Positions 33,123-45,364 of a stretch of DNA of 64,000 nucleotides are shown here, piece after piece. Under the pieces are notes generated by a model, which was not told the origin of the DNA, did not search any database, and worked only from the letters and a program-made list of their open reading frames with translations. The DNA lies in NCBI GenBank assembly GCA_965226375.1, contig CBDDCX010000008.1:960001-1024000 (forward strand). The letters run 5' to 3'. Source of the stretch: Longimicrobiales bacterium (lineage in GTDB: Bacteria; Gemmatimonadota; Gemmatimonadetes; Longimicrobiales; Gaopeijiaceae). The first letter of the stretch is position 1. Every line of letters begins with the position of its first letter. Both the position numbers and the translations under genes were made by a program.

Positions 33123-35761
33123 ATGTCCGATCCCATCGAACGACTCAATACCTCCCTCGAGGGCCGCTACGCCATCGAGCGCGAGTTGGGTGAAGGCGGC
33201 ATGGCTACGGTCTATCTGGCCGACGACCTGAAGCACGAGCGAAAGGTCGCCCTCAAGGTCCTTAAGCCCGAGCTGGCGGCCGTAGTCGGTGCCGAGCGCT
33301 TCCTCGCCGAGATCAAGACCACCGCCAATCTCCAGCACCCGCACATCCTCCCGCTCTTCGATTCCGGAGAGGCGGACACCTACCTCTTCTACGTGATGCC
33401 CTATATCGAGGGCGAGACGCTCCGGCAACGCATCGATCGGGAGCGGCAACTCCCGGTGGACGAGGCCGTAGGGATCGCCAAGGCGGTAGCCGAGGCCCTC
33501 GATTATGCGCATCGCCAAAATGTGATCCACCGGGACATCAAGCCGGAGAACATTCTCCTGCACGAGGGCAATCCCCTGGTCGCTGACTTCGGCATCGCCC
33601 TTGCGGTTCAGCAAGCGGGTGGTGGCCGGCTCACTGAGACCGGGTTGAGTCTCGGCACGCCGTATTACATGAGCCCGGAACAGGCCACGGCGGACCGTGA
33701 TCCCGGTCCCCAGAGTGACGTCTACTCCCTGGCCAGTGTGCTCTATGAGATGCTCACTGGTGAGCCGCCACACTCGGGCACGTCGGCCCAGGCCATTCTC
33801 GGCAAGATTCTCACATCCGACCCGGTGCGGCCCACCGAGTTGCGCCGCTCGGTCCCCCCGCATGTGGAAGCTGTGGTCTTGCGCTGCCTGGAGAAGCTTC
33901 CCGCCGATAGACTCTCGTCGGCGGCTGACTTTGCGGAAGGGCTGGACAAACCGGGCAAGGTGGAGTTCGGAAGGGGTATGGGGACGGAGCCCACGAGGGC
34001 ACGCCGCGGAGGTTGGCTTTCCTGGACGATCGCCGCTGGCGCGGTCGTGGGGCTGGCCGTGACCCTGCTCGGACGCATCGGCTCTTCGACGGAATTCGCG
34101 TCCGCCACCCTCCGTGCGGTCCTCGAGCTGCCGTCCGACGCCTACCTCGTGACTCCGAACCTCTCCATCACCCCCGACGGCCGACGCCTCGTCGTGCACG
34201 GCTTCATCGATGGGCGTCAGAGCCTGCTCGTGCGCGACCTCGACGACATTTTGTTCCGACCGTTGGCCGATACCGAGGGGGTCAGCGACCCTGCGATTTC
34301 CCCCGACGGCAGGTGGGTCAGCCATAGATCCGGCGACGGTCTGATGAAGACACCCGTGGCAGGTGGGCCGTCGGTTGTGCTGGACGCCGATTCCCGTTGG
34401 GGGTTGGGTCACTGGACCGCGTCAGACACGCTGTACTACTCCCGTAGCTACCGGAGCGGGATCTGGAGAGTCGGCGCAGAAGGCGGGAACCCGGAGATGC
34501 TTACTAGCCCCGACGAAGAGAGGGGGGAGCTCTCCCACTGGTGGCCCCAGCTCCTTCCGGATGGTGAGCACGTGCTCTTCACCGCGTTTCGAACCCCGAT
34601 CGATCGGGCGGAGATCGTCGCCTTGTCTCTCACCACCGGTGAGCAGCGGGTCATCCTCTCGGGAGGGGTGCATGGTCGGTACGTGTCGACCGGCCACCTC
34701 CTCTATGCCAGAGAGGAGGCCCTACTGGCGGTCCCCTTCGATCTGGACCGAATGGAGGTGACCGGCGACCCGGTGACGGTCGTGAGCGACCTGGCGATGG
34801 AGCACCCGGACGGTCTCGGCGGCTACACCGTGTCCGCAACCGGGACCCTGGTGTACCTACCGGCCTCGGACTTCAGTGCGCCGGCGGATCTCGTGTTCGT
34901 CGCTCGTAACGGTTCAGAGACCCTAGTCCTCCCCGAGCCCGGCCTCTATTCGGATCCCGCCCTGTCTCCGGATGGCCGCCGGATAGCACTCTCGATCAGG
35001 GAATCGGCAGAACCAGGTGACATCTTTGTGCTCGATCTCGTGAGGGGTACCCGCTCGCGACTCACCGAGGGGGGCGGTAAGGACTTCGGACCGCGTTGGA
35101 CACCGGACGGTAGCCGGGTGATCTACATTGTCGAGTCCCCGGTGTTCGACCTACACATACGCCCCGCCGATGCCAGCAGCCCGGCTTCCGTTCTAGTGAC
35201 CGGAGCGTACGACAATTACCCGGTTCGTTTTCTCCCGACGGGCACAGTCTGATCTTCACGCGTTGGACCCTGCCCAATGCTCGGGCGATGTCGGTTCCGC
35301 TGGGCGGAGGCGTGGCCGACACGGTGTTCGCGCCGGCCTTTCCTGTGAACGACGCGACGTTGTCTCCCGACGGACGATGGTTGGCGTATACAGCGACGGA
35401 GTCTGGCAGGCCGGAGGTCTTTGTTTCGAGCTACCCCGATCCGTCGCTGAGCAGGCAACAGGTGTCCTCGGAGGGTGGCCTCAACCCGCTGTGGACCCGC
35501 GACGGGAGGGAGATCGTGTTCCGGAGCGGGGACCAGGTAATCGCGGTGACGGTGGATCCGGCCTCCGGGGATCTCGGTCGGCCAGAGGTGCTGTTCGAGG
35601 GGCCCTACCTGTCCCCAGCGGGGAACCATGCATTGGGATACGATGTCTCCGCCGACGGTGAGAGGTTCTTATTCGTGAAGCGCCCCCCTGAACGAGCACC
35701 GCGCCGCTTGATCGTGGTGACGAACTTCTTCGAGGCACTGAAGCGGATCGTGCCCAACTGA
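33123..35761 (+). CDS. Eukaryotic-like Ser/Thr kinase + TM + PD40 propellers; 1-nt frameshift near 35220
   Basis: GEGGMATVY, VALKVL, HRDIKPEN, DFG, GTPYYMSPEQ; one extra C restores YPGSFSPDG into 35288-35761. Confidence 0.9.
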
Positions 35762-35810
35762 TGTCCGACCCCGTCATGCCGGAGCACGGACGAAGACTCC
35801 GGAGGGACCC

Positions 35811-37628
35811 ATGTCCATAGATCGACGACGCTTCCTGCTGAAGTCCACCGCGGCCGCGGTCGGGCTCGGTGCCCTTCCGGCGGGCTTCCCTCCGGCGGCG
35901 GCCGCTGACCTGGCCTGGGCCGGTGAGGCCGAAGCCGACCGTTCCGGCGCCATGCCCGTCCAAGATTGGCTGGACGGCTTCTTCAGGGCCTACTACGCCC
36001 GGCGGCCGGTCAACGCCACATTCATCGGCATCCACGACCACGATCATGTCCTGCCGGACTTCTCGGAGCAGGGTGCCGGGGATACGCTGGCCGAGATGGA
36101 GGAGTTGTTGAGAGGGGCGGCGGGTCTCGATCCTTCGCCATCACGCGAGAGCGTGCCCACCGAAGCCATCGACAAGCGCCTCGCCGAGGGCTTCCTGCGC
36201 ATCCAGATCTGGGAGCATGGCTCGCAGCATTTTCGGCTCGGCAACCCGACCCTTTATACGGGCGAGGCGGTCTTCGGCTCCATCTCGCTCTTCCTCACCG
36301 ACTTCGCTCCCATGTCGGAACGTGTCGAAGCGGCCACCGCGCGAATGGAAGGCGTGGCGGCGCTCCTGGAGCAGGCACGGGAGAATGTGCGGCGTGCGCC
36401 CGCCGAGTGGACGGCACGGGCCATCCGCGAGTGCGAGGGGGCCCGCCTCTTCCTTACCGAGGGGATCGACATCCTCTCCGCCGAGAATCAGATCACGACG
36501 CCCGGCTTCCGGAGAGCGGCGGAGCGTGCTGCAACGGTGTTCGCGGATTTCGAGACCCACCTGGAGACCGAGCTGCTCACGCGGACCGCGGACGAGCTTG
36601 CCTGCGGTGAAGAGGCGTTCCGCCTCTATCTGACGGACGGCCACTTTGTCGAGACGGAGCCTGAAGAGATCGTGCGCTACGCCGAGGAGCGGGCTGCCGA
36701 GGTACAGGCGGAGCTGGAATCGGCCGCGCGGGCGCTCGGTGCTGTCGACTCCACCGAGGCCTTGGCCGGTCTCAGGTCCGCCCACCCGACCACCGACGCC
36801 TACTACGATCGTTATGGGCAGGTGTGGGATGAGATGCGTGATGTCGTCGAAGAAGGGGAGCTTCTCACCTGGCCCGACCCCGAGCTCCCGATCCGTTACG
36901 TAGCGCGGCCCGCTTGGGCACCACCCTACCTGTACTTCCTCTCCTACAGGGCGCCCGCGGCTTTCGGTCGGCCCTCGATGCACGATTATCTGGTAAGGGC
37001 CATCGATACTAGCCTGCCGGCGGAGCGGCAGGAGGAGTTACTCCGGGGTACGAACGACAGCGTCATCAAGCTCAACCACGTCATCCATCACGGGCACGTC
37101 GGCCACCACGTTCAAAACTCGTACGCCTACCGATCCGCCTCCCGAATCGGTCAGGTCGCCGCGGTGGATTGCGCTTCCCGCATCGCCATGTTCTGTGGGG
37201 GCACCATGGCCGAGGGCTGGGCGTCCTATTCCACCGCCCTCATGCGCGAGGCCGGTGCCCTCACTCCCCTGGAGGCGCTGTCCGAGCTGAAGGGGCAGCT
37301 ACGCATGTATGCCCGGGCGGTGGTGGACGTGCGTCTACACCTCGGCCACTACACCCTCGAAGAGGCCGCCGAGCACTACGAGCGGGAGGCGGACATGACG
37401 CCCGGGTCGGCCCGCGGCGAGGCCGTCAGAAACAGCATGTTCCCTGGGACGGCCGTCATGTACATGCTGGGTAGGGAAGAGATCCGTCGATTGAGGCGGG
37501 AGATGGAGGAGCGACAGGGAGACCGCTTCAGTCTTCGACGCTTCCATGACGACCTCTTGTCGTACGGATCCATCCCCGTCTCTCTGATCGGAGCCTCCAT
37601 GAGGGACAGGGAGTCAGATACGGGTTGA
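35811..37628 (+). CDS. DUF885 family protein, Tat signal
   Basis: DRRRFLLKS, HHGHVGHHVQ, MAEGWA, FHDDLLSYGS. Confidence 0.85.
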   Translation: MSIDRRRFLLKSTAAAVGLGALPAGFPPAAAADLAWAGEAEADRSGAMPVQDWLDGFFRAYYARRPVNATFIGIHDHDHVLPDFSEQGAGDTLAEMEELLRGAAGLDPSPSRESVPTEAIDKRLAEGFLRIQIWEHGSQHFRLGNPTLYTGEAVFGSISLFLTDFAPMSERVEAATARMEGVAALLEQARENVRRAPAEWTARAIRECEGARLFLTEGIDILSAENQITTPGFRRAAERAATVFADFETHLETELLTRTADELACGEEAFRLYLTDGHFVETEPEEIVRYAEERAAEVQAELESAARALGAVDSTEALAGLRSAHPTTDAYYDRYGQVWDEMRDVVEEGELLTWPDPELPIRYVARPAWAPPYLYFLSYRAPAAFGRPSMHDYLVRAIDTSLPAERQEELLRGTNDSVIKLNHVIHHGHVGHHVQNSYAYRSASRIGQVAAVDCASRIAMFCGGTMAEGWASYSTALMREAGALTPLEALSELKGQLRMYARAVVDVRLHLGHYTLEEAAEHYEREADMTPGSARGEAVRNSMFPGTAVMYMLGREEIRRLRREMEERQGDRFSLRRFHDDLLSYGSIPVSLIGASMRDRESDTG

Positions 37629-37751
37629 GCGGATGCTTAGACGTGACCGGAAGTGTCTCTGGAGCTTCCGCTTGCGACTCCTGGGACGCTGGTGCAGTGT
37701 CCCTGACCTGACCAGGGCGATGTGCAGCCGTTGAGAAAGGACCTCGTGCCG

Positions 37752-38254
37752 ATGAAGAATCTCAAACTCGCAGGGCACGTTCTTTCTCTCGTCATCATGT
37801 TCGCTCCGGACCTCAGTGCCCAGTCCCCGGCCCTTGGTGATGGTCCGTGGGAGTTCGACACCGTCAACCCACCGACGCGTATTCGCGTGTCGGTCGTCAC
37901 GAATGCGTTGACCCGCCCTTGGGGTCTAGCTTTCCTCCCGAATGGCGACATGCTCGTGACCGAAAGGGCCGGTACGCTCCGGATCATCCGTAACGGCGTG
38001 CTCGACACGGAACCAGTCTCCGGCGTGCCCGAGGTAGCCGCCAGGTGCCTGGGCGGTCTCCTGGATATCGCTCTTCATCCGAATTCTCACACCAACAATC
38101 TGGTCTATTTCGTCTACTCGAAACCAGGCGAGATCCCGGCCGGTGCCGGCTACTACGCAACGACCGCTCTGGGACGGGGGCGGTTCGACGGCGCTGCGTT
38201 ACAGGACGTTGAGGACGTGTTCGTGGCCGATGCCTGGAGTACGAATCCCTGTGG
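37752..38254 (+). pseudogene. PQQ-dependent sugar dehydrogenase, 3' truncated
   Basis: PWGLAFLPNGDMLVTERAG, GGLLDIALHP; similarity ends near 38250. Confidence 0.85.
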
Positions 38255-38479
38255 GCAGGCGGCACGGTATATCCGATGTTGCGTCGCTTCGAGCAATCCG
38301 GCCTGGTGGAGTCGACTTGGGAGACGCCCAAGCAGGCCTTCGGTCATCGACGCCCGCAGCGACGGAACTATAGCCTGACCGAAGAGGGTCAGCGTGCCCG
38401 TGCGGCGGCGGGAAAGCGATATCGCCAGCACCTGAAGGTGTTCGGCGAGGCCGCCCCTGGCGAACAGCCGGCGTACTGA
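38255..38479 (+). pseudogene. PadR-family regulator, 5' truncated
   Basis: AGGTVYPMLRRFE...RRNYSLTEEG. Confidence 0.8.
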
Positions 38480-38489
38480 GCCACTCGTC

Positions 38490-41212
38490 GTGAAGCCTCC
38501 GCCCAACAACGAGGACCGCCCCCCTGTTGCGTACCACCTGCTCGACCGGTGGATGCGTATCATGGCGTTGCTAGTCCCCCCGAATGAACGCGCGACGTGG
38601 ATCACGGAGTGGGATGGAGAGTTGTGGTACGGCATCGCAGCAAAGCAGCGGCCTCGACTTCATGCGGCTGTCGGATTGGCCGTGGGCATGTCGCGTGACG
38701 CGGTCCACGTACGACGACTCCAAACCAACAAGCCCGGCCGGCACCGCCGGTTGAGAGATGAACGGATGCACTCTGTGATCACCGATGTACGGCTCGGCCT
38801 GCGTAGACTGCGCAAGGCGCCCGGATTCACCGTGGTCGTGGCGGTTACGCTGGCGCTCGGAATCGGCGCGGCGACCACCGTCTTCAGCGTGGTCAACTCG
38901 CTGCTGCTCAATCCTTTGCCGTACCCGGACGCCGACCGCCTCGTAATCATGTGGCAGGGACGCCCCGCCGCGCAGGTCGACCGGGACTGGTTCTCCGGAG
39001 GTCACTACTCGGACATCCGAGAGCAGACCAACGCCTTCGAGGAATTGGCTCTCGTCACGGGGGGGGCATATACCATGACCGGCCGCGGCAACGCGGCCCG
39101 CGTGGGTTGGGTATAGGCGCAGTCCTCATACCTGCGCATGTTGGGCGCGACCGCGGCGCTCGGAAGGGTCCTTGACACAGGGGACGATCGAGCCGATGCC
39201 GGCGAGGTAGCCATGCTCACACATGGTCTGTGGCAGCGCTCCTTCGGTGAGGACCCGGACATCGTCGGCCAGACCATCACTCTGGACGGCAGCGACTTCG
39301 AGATCATAGGTGTGCTCACACCAGACCTACTGCTCGACAACGAAGTCATGCCGACTCCAGAAGCCGTCGGGCAGGTGGACATCGTGCTGTCCTTTCCGGT
39401 CTCCGGAACGCTGCTCGCCGACCGACTCACCGAGTGGTACAACATCGTCGGCAAGCTAGAGCAGGGCGTAACGCTGGCCCAGGCTCAGGCCGCTCTCGAT
39501 CTGGTGGCCGCGACGATCCAAGAGTTGCACGAAAGCGATCCCAACTCGGGGTTCTTCATCCGCGCTGTCCCGCTGATCGATGAAGTAGTCGGGAGTATCC
39601 GGCCGGCGTTGTTGGTGCTTCTGGCGTCCGTGGGCGGTGTGCTTCTCATCGCGTGTCTGAACGTTGCGAACCTCCTGCTTGCGCGCGCCACGTCACGCCG
39701 GCGAGAACTCGGTGTACGCGCCGCATTGGGGGCGAAACGCGGGCGCCTGGTGCAGAGTTGCTTACGGAGAGCGCTTTGCTCGCAGCGATCGGAGGCGTTC
39801 TCGGTGTTGGGTTCGCCGCCGCCGCCCTGGCGGCGATCCATCAATTGGGCGCCGCGAGTCTTCCGCGTGTAGAGGAGATCGCGATCGACGGGCGGGTGCT
39901 CCTCTTCTCGGTCACGGTTACAGCGGTGACCTGCCTCGTATTCGGCTTGTTGCCGGCCTGGCGCACATCCCGGATCAATCTTGCGGGTATCATGAACTTC
40001 TCAGGACGAGGGACTTCTTCACGCGGCAGCTTGTGGTCTCGCTCCAACCTCTCTAGTGCGCTGGTGGTCGCGGAGATCGGGTTATCCCTGGTGTTACTGA
40101 TCGGTGGAGGGCTGCTCGCGAGAAGTTTCATCGAACTGCAGCGGGTCGATCCAGGTTTCGAAACCAATGGGCGGCTCACGTTCGGGGTTGCGGTGAGCGG
40201 TGTCGAATACTCCGAAGCGCCTGCGCGGCTCGAATTCTACGACCAACTCGCGGAGCGCATCCGAGCGTTGCCGGGCGTGGCCGCGGTGGGGGCGACCACG
40301 GACCTTCCGTTAACCGGTAGCGTGAATTGGGCACCCATCGGAGTCGTGGACTACGTGCCACCGCAAGGCCAGGGGCATCAGGTCATCTCAGAGTACCGGG
40401 TCGTCTTGCCTGGCTACTTCGACGCGATGAGCATCCCGCTGATTCGTGGACGCCGGTTCGACGACAGGGACGTCTCGGACGGGACTCGGGTCGCGATCAT
40501 CGACGAACACTTCGCTGATACGTACTTCCCGGAGCGGGACCCGATCGGAATGCAGGTCGCCGCCTGGGGGGGACCGATGACCATCGTGGGCGTCGTCGGA
40601 ACGATCAAATACGACGCTTTGGACACCGATTCACGCGTAACCACCTATCAGCCGGTGAGCCAACTGACAAGATGGGCGCTCTCCGTCGTCGTCGAGACTG
40701 CGGGCGACCCGAACACCTTGGTGCAACCCGTGAGGCGTATCGTGCGGGAGTTGGATGAAGGCGTGGCGGTCGTCGACGTGATCTCAATGGACGGAATTCT
40801 TGCCAACTCCCTCAACCAACGTCGATTCTCGATGGTGCTCATCCACGTGCTCAGTATCGTTGCCCTGATTCTGGCCGGTATCGGCATCTACGGGCTCGTG
40901 TCGTACCGGGTAAAGCAGGGCACCCGCGAGCTCGGTATACGCGTGGCCCTCGGTGCGTCGACGAGAGGGATCCTGTCCTTGGTGCTGCGCCACGGCTTGG
41001 CTCTGTCCCTGGTCGGTATCGTGACTGGACTCGCTGCCGCTCTCAGCCTGGCTGGGTTCATGCGCTCGATGCTCTTCGGCGTGAGCGCGATCGATGGACT
41101 GACCTTCACGGCCGTGTCGGCCGGCCTCGTGGCTACGACATTGCTGGCCTGCTACATCCCGGCCCGGCGGGCCACCTTGATCGATCCCCTGGAGGCGATC
41201 AGGAGCGACTAG
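38490..41212 (+). pseudogene. ADOP-type duplicated ABC permease; premature TAG at 39114-39116 and frameshift near 39755
   Basis: [41 protein letters not shown]. Confidence 0.9.
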
Positions 41213-41997
41213 TTGACGTAGCCCTTTGTCCAAATAACGACCGCGCCACACTCGGCCCTGTGCCCACCCATCCACTCGGGCACGCCCGTCCGGTTAGGAT
41301 ACACCTCGAGGGCAGCAATTTCGGGCATACGAATCATGTTGGACCAGTACATGCTCGCCCTCCCGCGGCCGCCAATCTGCACAATGATGCGATCGATGGC
41401 GACGCTCATACGACCCCCCCCCCCCCCCCCCGGTCCCCGTGTCGAGAATACGTCGAAAGAAGTTCCGAAATCCTCGAACCGCACTGCCACCCCAGGTGCA
41501 CGGTTGAACAAGTCATCGAGAGTTATGAGTCCCGGTTTGGTGTCCATGTCCTCCGGCGTCAGGAAGTAGCCGAGCCCGACCTGTTCTCTTGTGTAGAACC
41601 CACCACGGGCCAACACCGCGAACTGCCCATCAACGACCGCTTCGATCGGGTCTAACACGACAGGGTCGATTCCCAGACGCAGGTCCGTGAAGGCAGTCTG
41701 TCCTGGTGCAACCGAGAAGACGGTCGATGTGGACGTGGCATATCCGATGCGCGCGACACGAAGGTGGTACGGGGCCTCATCAGGCAAGCGGACCTCGAAC
41801 TGGCCGTCCTCGTCGCTGACTGATTGGGCGACGACGGTCTCATCCGCGTCGAGCACTGCGACCTCGGCGCTCGCGATAGGGTCGTCCGTGATCTCGTCGG
41901 TGACCGTGCCCTGCACTGTCTGGGCCCATCCGGGGGTAGCGGACACGAGTAGCAGCGCCAGTGGCAGCCAGGTAGACCAACTCATCAAGACCCGCAT
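41209..41997 (-). CDS. Carboxypeptidase-regulatory-like domain plus TonB plug-like protein
   Basis: Signal peptide, GTVTD..D.DGQF, ARIGY, LEVYP, CGAVVIWT. Confidence 0.7.
   Translation of the reverse strand: MRVLMSWSTWLPLALLLVSATPGWAQTVQGTVTDEITDDPIASAEVAVLDADETVVAQSVSDEDGQFEVRLPDEAPYHLRVARIGYATSTSTVFSVAPGQTAFTDLRLGIDPVVLDPIEAVVDGQFAVLARGGFYTREQVGLGYFLTPEDMDTKPGLITLDDLFNRAPGVAVRFEDFGTSFDVFSTRGPGGGGGGRMSVAIDRIIVQIGGRGRASMYWSNMIRMPEIAALEVYPNRTGVPEWMGGHRAECGAVVIWTKGYVN
41414..41431. repeat. C18 homopolymer (G18 on the coding strand)
   Basis: Direct count of the run. Confidence 0.95.
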
Positions 41998-42382
41998 TCC
42001 GCACCCTCCCCACGTGTCGAAGAACAGTAGCCCTCGGTCACCGGCTCATCACTCATCATAGTAGTGATCCGCCACATCTGCTTCGGTGGCCCTCATCCGG
42101 ACCGCCGCGTGCACCCGCCTGAACGCGGCTCTCCAAGGTCGCCACGCCCGATGGTCTCAGCCACGGCCGGCCGTCGAGGGGGCTCACACTCGTAAGCGGC
42201 GCCCGTTTCCAGCTCAGCAATGCGGCCCCGCCACCTGTTATTCGAAGGGTCAACTCAGCACGGGCATTGACCCCACGGCGGCGAGAGGATAGCCATGAAA
42301 GGCTCTGCTCCGCTCCCCGCTGGGTTCCTGCCTTAGTGGGCACGCGCCGACGGTTGAATCTTTCTTTTTTTTGGGGGACTTC

Positions 42383-45364
42383 GTGAGAACATTCCTCTCT
42401 ATGCTGGGCCTCTCTCTCCTACTCACGAGCGGAGTCGGAGCCCAACAGGCGACCCGGACCGAACCTGTGACGGGCATGCGGGACAACGGCACCGGCTTTC
42501 ACGCACTGGTGGGCGCGCGGGTGGTGACGGCCCCGGGTCAGGTCCTGGACAACGCCACGGTCGTGATCCGCAACGGTCTTATTCAGGAGGTGGGACGGAA
42601 CGTGCAAACCCCGGCGGGGGCCCGAGTCTGGGACCTGGTGGACCACACGGTCTATCCGGGCTTTATCGATGCCCACGCCGACCTCGAAACGGATGAGGTT
42701 CCGGGGGGAGGCGATGTGGGGGCTACCCACTGGAATCCTCAGGTCCGTGCCTGGTTCAGCACCACCATGAACTTTCAGGACGATGCCGATCGCCGGGCTG
42801 CGCTGCGCTCCCAGGGGTTCGGTACGGCCCTGTTCGTGCCCCAACACGGAATCTTCCGGGGGACCGCTTCGGTAGTGAACCTCGGCGACGTAGGGGTCCG
42901 GGAGCGTGTGCTCCGCCCCGATCTGGCTCAATCCGTGGGCTTCCAGCGCTCCTTACAGCTGGGCGGGTCGTACCCCAACTCATCCATGGGGACCATCGCG
43001 CTCATGAAACAGACGTTCATGGACGCGGACTGGTATATCCGGGCGTGGGGTGCCTATGAGTCGAGCGGCCGCGCCTTCCTTCCACCTGAGACCAGCCAGG
43101 CGCTGGCGGCTCTGGAGAACGTGGTCCAGGGGAATCAGCCGGTCCTGTTCGAGACGACTAGCGAGGAGGAGTACCTGCGGGCCTACAAGCTCGCTGCAGA
43201 CTTCGGTGTGGACCCCTGGTTCCGGGGGAGCGGGCAGGAGTACCGCATCATCGACGTACTCCGGGGACGCACCGAGCCGCTCATCATTCCCCTGGACTTT
43301 CCTGACGCCCCGGATGTCGACGATCCCGAGGCGGCGCTGAACGCTACACTGGCCGACCTTCGCCATTGGTATCTAGCTCCTACTAGCCCGGGTCAGCTGG
43401 CCGGGGCAGGGGTGCCCTTCGCGATCACCTCCGACGGGCTCGCGTCGTTGAACGAGTTTCTGCCCAACCTGCGTATGGCCGTGGCCCGGGGACTCTCCTC
43501 GGCCGACGCTTTGGCGGCGCTCACTACCACGCCGGCCGGGTGGTTGGGAATTGAACGCACTCACGGGACCATCGAGTCGGGTAAGATCGCGAACCTGGTC
43601 GTGAGCGAGGGCGACCTCTTTACAGAGGAAGCCACTGTGCGCGACGTCTGGGTGCACGGGCAGGTCTACGCCGTGACGCGCCCAGCCCAGATCGACCCCC
43701 GGGGCACCTGGCGCATCGCATCCGACGACGATTGGGGCTTCGAGGCCATACTGCGTCTCGAGGGCCCACTGAATAGTCTACGTGGCTCCATCGATGTTGC
43801 CGGTCCCGATGGCGCCAGCATCGACCTCACCTCAGCGGACGCCGTGGCCGAGACCGGACGCATCGAGGTGCGCTTTCCGGGTGAAGACCTGGGATACGAA
43901 GGGATAGCCCTGCTGACGGGATCGGTGCAGGGTGATGAGTTCTACGGCTGGACGTCGCTCCCCAACGGGGCGGACCCCGCGTTCCGAGGCACTCGCACAG
44001 GGGCCTATGAGGGAGAAGCTCGGGGTACGGTCGCCATGGAGGTCCCCGAGATCGACCTCCCCTTCATTCGCCCGATGATGGAGTACGGGCGGAGTGCCAT
44101 CCCGGAGCAGCCTGCCGCCGTGGTTGTCCGGAACGCCATCGTGTGGACCCAAGGTTCCCAGGGGCGCATGGAGAACGCCGACCTGTTGGTTCAGGCCGGC
44201 AAGGTAGTCGAGGTCGGTCTTGACCTCGACGCCCCCCGCGGAGCGGTGGAGATCGACGCCACGGGCAAACATGTGACGCCAGGCCTCATCGATCCGCACA
44301 TCCACTCCGGGGTCAGTTCGGTGAATGAAAGCGGGTTCGCGATCGTCCCCGAGGTCCAAGTGGGCGACGTGGTGACCCACAACAACATCTGGATGTACCG
44401 CCAGCTCGCCGGGGGGCTCACGACTGCTCACATCAAGCACGGGTCCGCCAACCCCATCGGCGGCGAGAATGTCTTTGTGAAATTGCGCTGGGGATCGCTG
44501 CCCGAGGACCTCAAGCTGGAGAACGCGCCTCGGACGGTGAAGTTCGCCCTGGGTGAGAACCCGAAGCGACGGCAGCAGCGTTACCCCGACACCCGCATGG
44601 GAACGCAGGAGATCATTCGCGATCACTTCCTGGCGGCTCGGGACTACGAGCGGGAGTGGCAGCGGTGGGAGGCGTCGGGGGAGGGGATCCCTCCCCGCCA
44701 CGACCTGCGAATGGAGGCGATCCTCGACATCCTGAACCAGGAGCTGCTCATCTCGTCGCACGGTTACCGGGCCGACGAGTTCCTGGCCCTTGTGCGCTTG
44801 GCCGAGGAGTTCGGGTTCCGGGTACAGACGCTGCAGCACGGGATCGAGGCGTACAAGATCGCTCCCGAGTTGGCCGCTTCGGGCGTCGCAGCGGTGGTGT
44901 GGAGCGACTGGGGCGGGTTCAAGATGGAGGCGTACGACGCCACCGTATACAATGCCCGTATTCTGATCGAGGCGGGCGTTGTGACGTCCCTGCACTCCGA
45001 CAACGCCGAGATCGCCAGCCGCATGAATTGGGAGGCAGGCAAGCTGCTACGCACCGGACTCACCGAGGAACAGGCCCTGTCGACCGTGACCGACCAGGCT
45101 GCGAAGGCCGTGGCCATCGATGCCCGGGTGGGCTCTCTCGAGGCGGGCAAGGACGGCGACTTCGTCATCTGGAGTGGTAACCCCCTGTCTCAGTTCACCC
45201 GAGCCGAGCAGACCTGGGTAGATGGCCGACGCTACTTCTCCATCGAAGAAGATGCGGTCATGCGGGAGCAGATCGATCGGGAGCGTACGCAGCTCATCCA
45301 GGCCATCCTCTTGCTGCAACGGAGCGCGGAACTGGCTGAAGAGGAAGAGAGGAACCGAGGATGA
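42383..45364 (+). CDS. Two-domain secreted amidohydrolase
   Basis: PGFIDAH and PGLIDPHIH, KFALGENPK, GSLEAGKDGD. Confidence 0.9.
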   Translation: MRTFLSMLGLSLLLTSGVGAQQATRTEPVTGMRDNGTGFHALVGARVVTAPGQVLDNATVVIRNGLIQEVGRNVQTPAGARVWDLVDHTVYPGFIDAHADLETDEVPGGGDVGATHWNPQVRAWFSTTMNFQDDADRRAALRSQGFGTALFVPQHGIFRGTASVVNLGDVGVRERVLRPDLAQSVGFQRSLQLGGSYPNSSMGTIALMKQTFMDADWYIRAWGAYESSGRAFLPPETSQALAALENVVQGNQPVLFETTSEEEYLRAYKLAADFGVDPWFRGSGQEYRIIDVLRGRTEPLIIPLDFPDAPDVDDPEAALNATLADLRHWYLAPTSPGQLAGAGVPFAITSDGLASLNEFLPNLRMAVARGLSSADALAALTTTPAGWLGIERTHGTIESGKIANLVVSEGDLFTEEATVRDVWVHGQVYAVTRPAQIDPRGTWRIASDDDWGFEAILRLEGPLNSLRGSIDVAGPDGASIDLTSADAVAETGRIEVRFPGEDLGYEGIALLTGSVQGDEFYGWTSLPNGADPAFRGTRTGAYEGEARGTVAMEVPEIDLPFIRPMMEYGRSAIPEQPAAVVVRNAIVWTQGSQGRMENADLLVQAGKVVEVGLDLDAPRGAVEIDATGKHVTPGLIDPHIHSGVSSVNESGFAIVPEVQVGDVVTHNNIWMYRQLAGGLTTAHIKHGSANPIGGENVFVKLRWGSLPEDLKLENAPRTVKFALGENPKRRQQRYPDTRMGTQEIIRDHFLAARDYEREWQRWEASGEGIPPRHDLRMEAILDILNQELLISSHGYRADEFLALVRLAEEFGFRVQTLQHGIEAYKIAPELAASGVAAVVWSDWGGFKMEAYDATVYNARILIEAGVVTSLHSDNAEIASRMNWEAGKLLRTGLTEEQALSTVTDQAAKAVAIDARVGSLEAGKDGDFVIWSGNPLSQFTRAEQTWVDGRRYFSIEEDAVMREQIDRERTQLIQAILLLQRSAELAEEEERNRG

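Noticed and set aside
35250..35252. Kinase TGA as a second Sec codon
   Set aside because: The protein continues in a different frame, explained by a 1-nt deletion near 35220.
39114..39116. In-frame TAG as pyrrolysine or readthrough
   Set aside because: The permease also has a frameshift and a truncated regulator; no pyl genes or catalytic rationale.
42245..42330. Hairpins upstream of the amidohydrolase operon as a riboswitch
   Set aside because: Stems can be drawn but I recognise no aptamer consensus; GC-rich DNA folds by chance.
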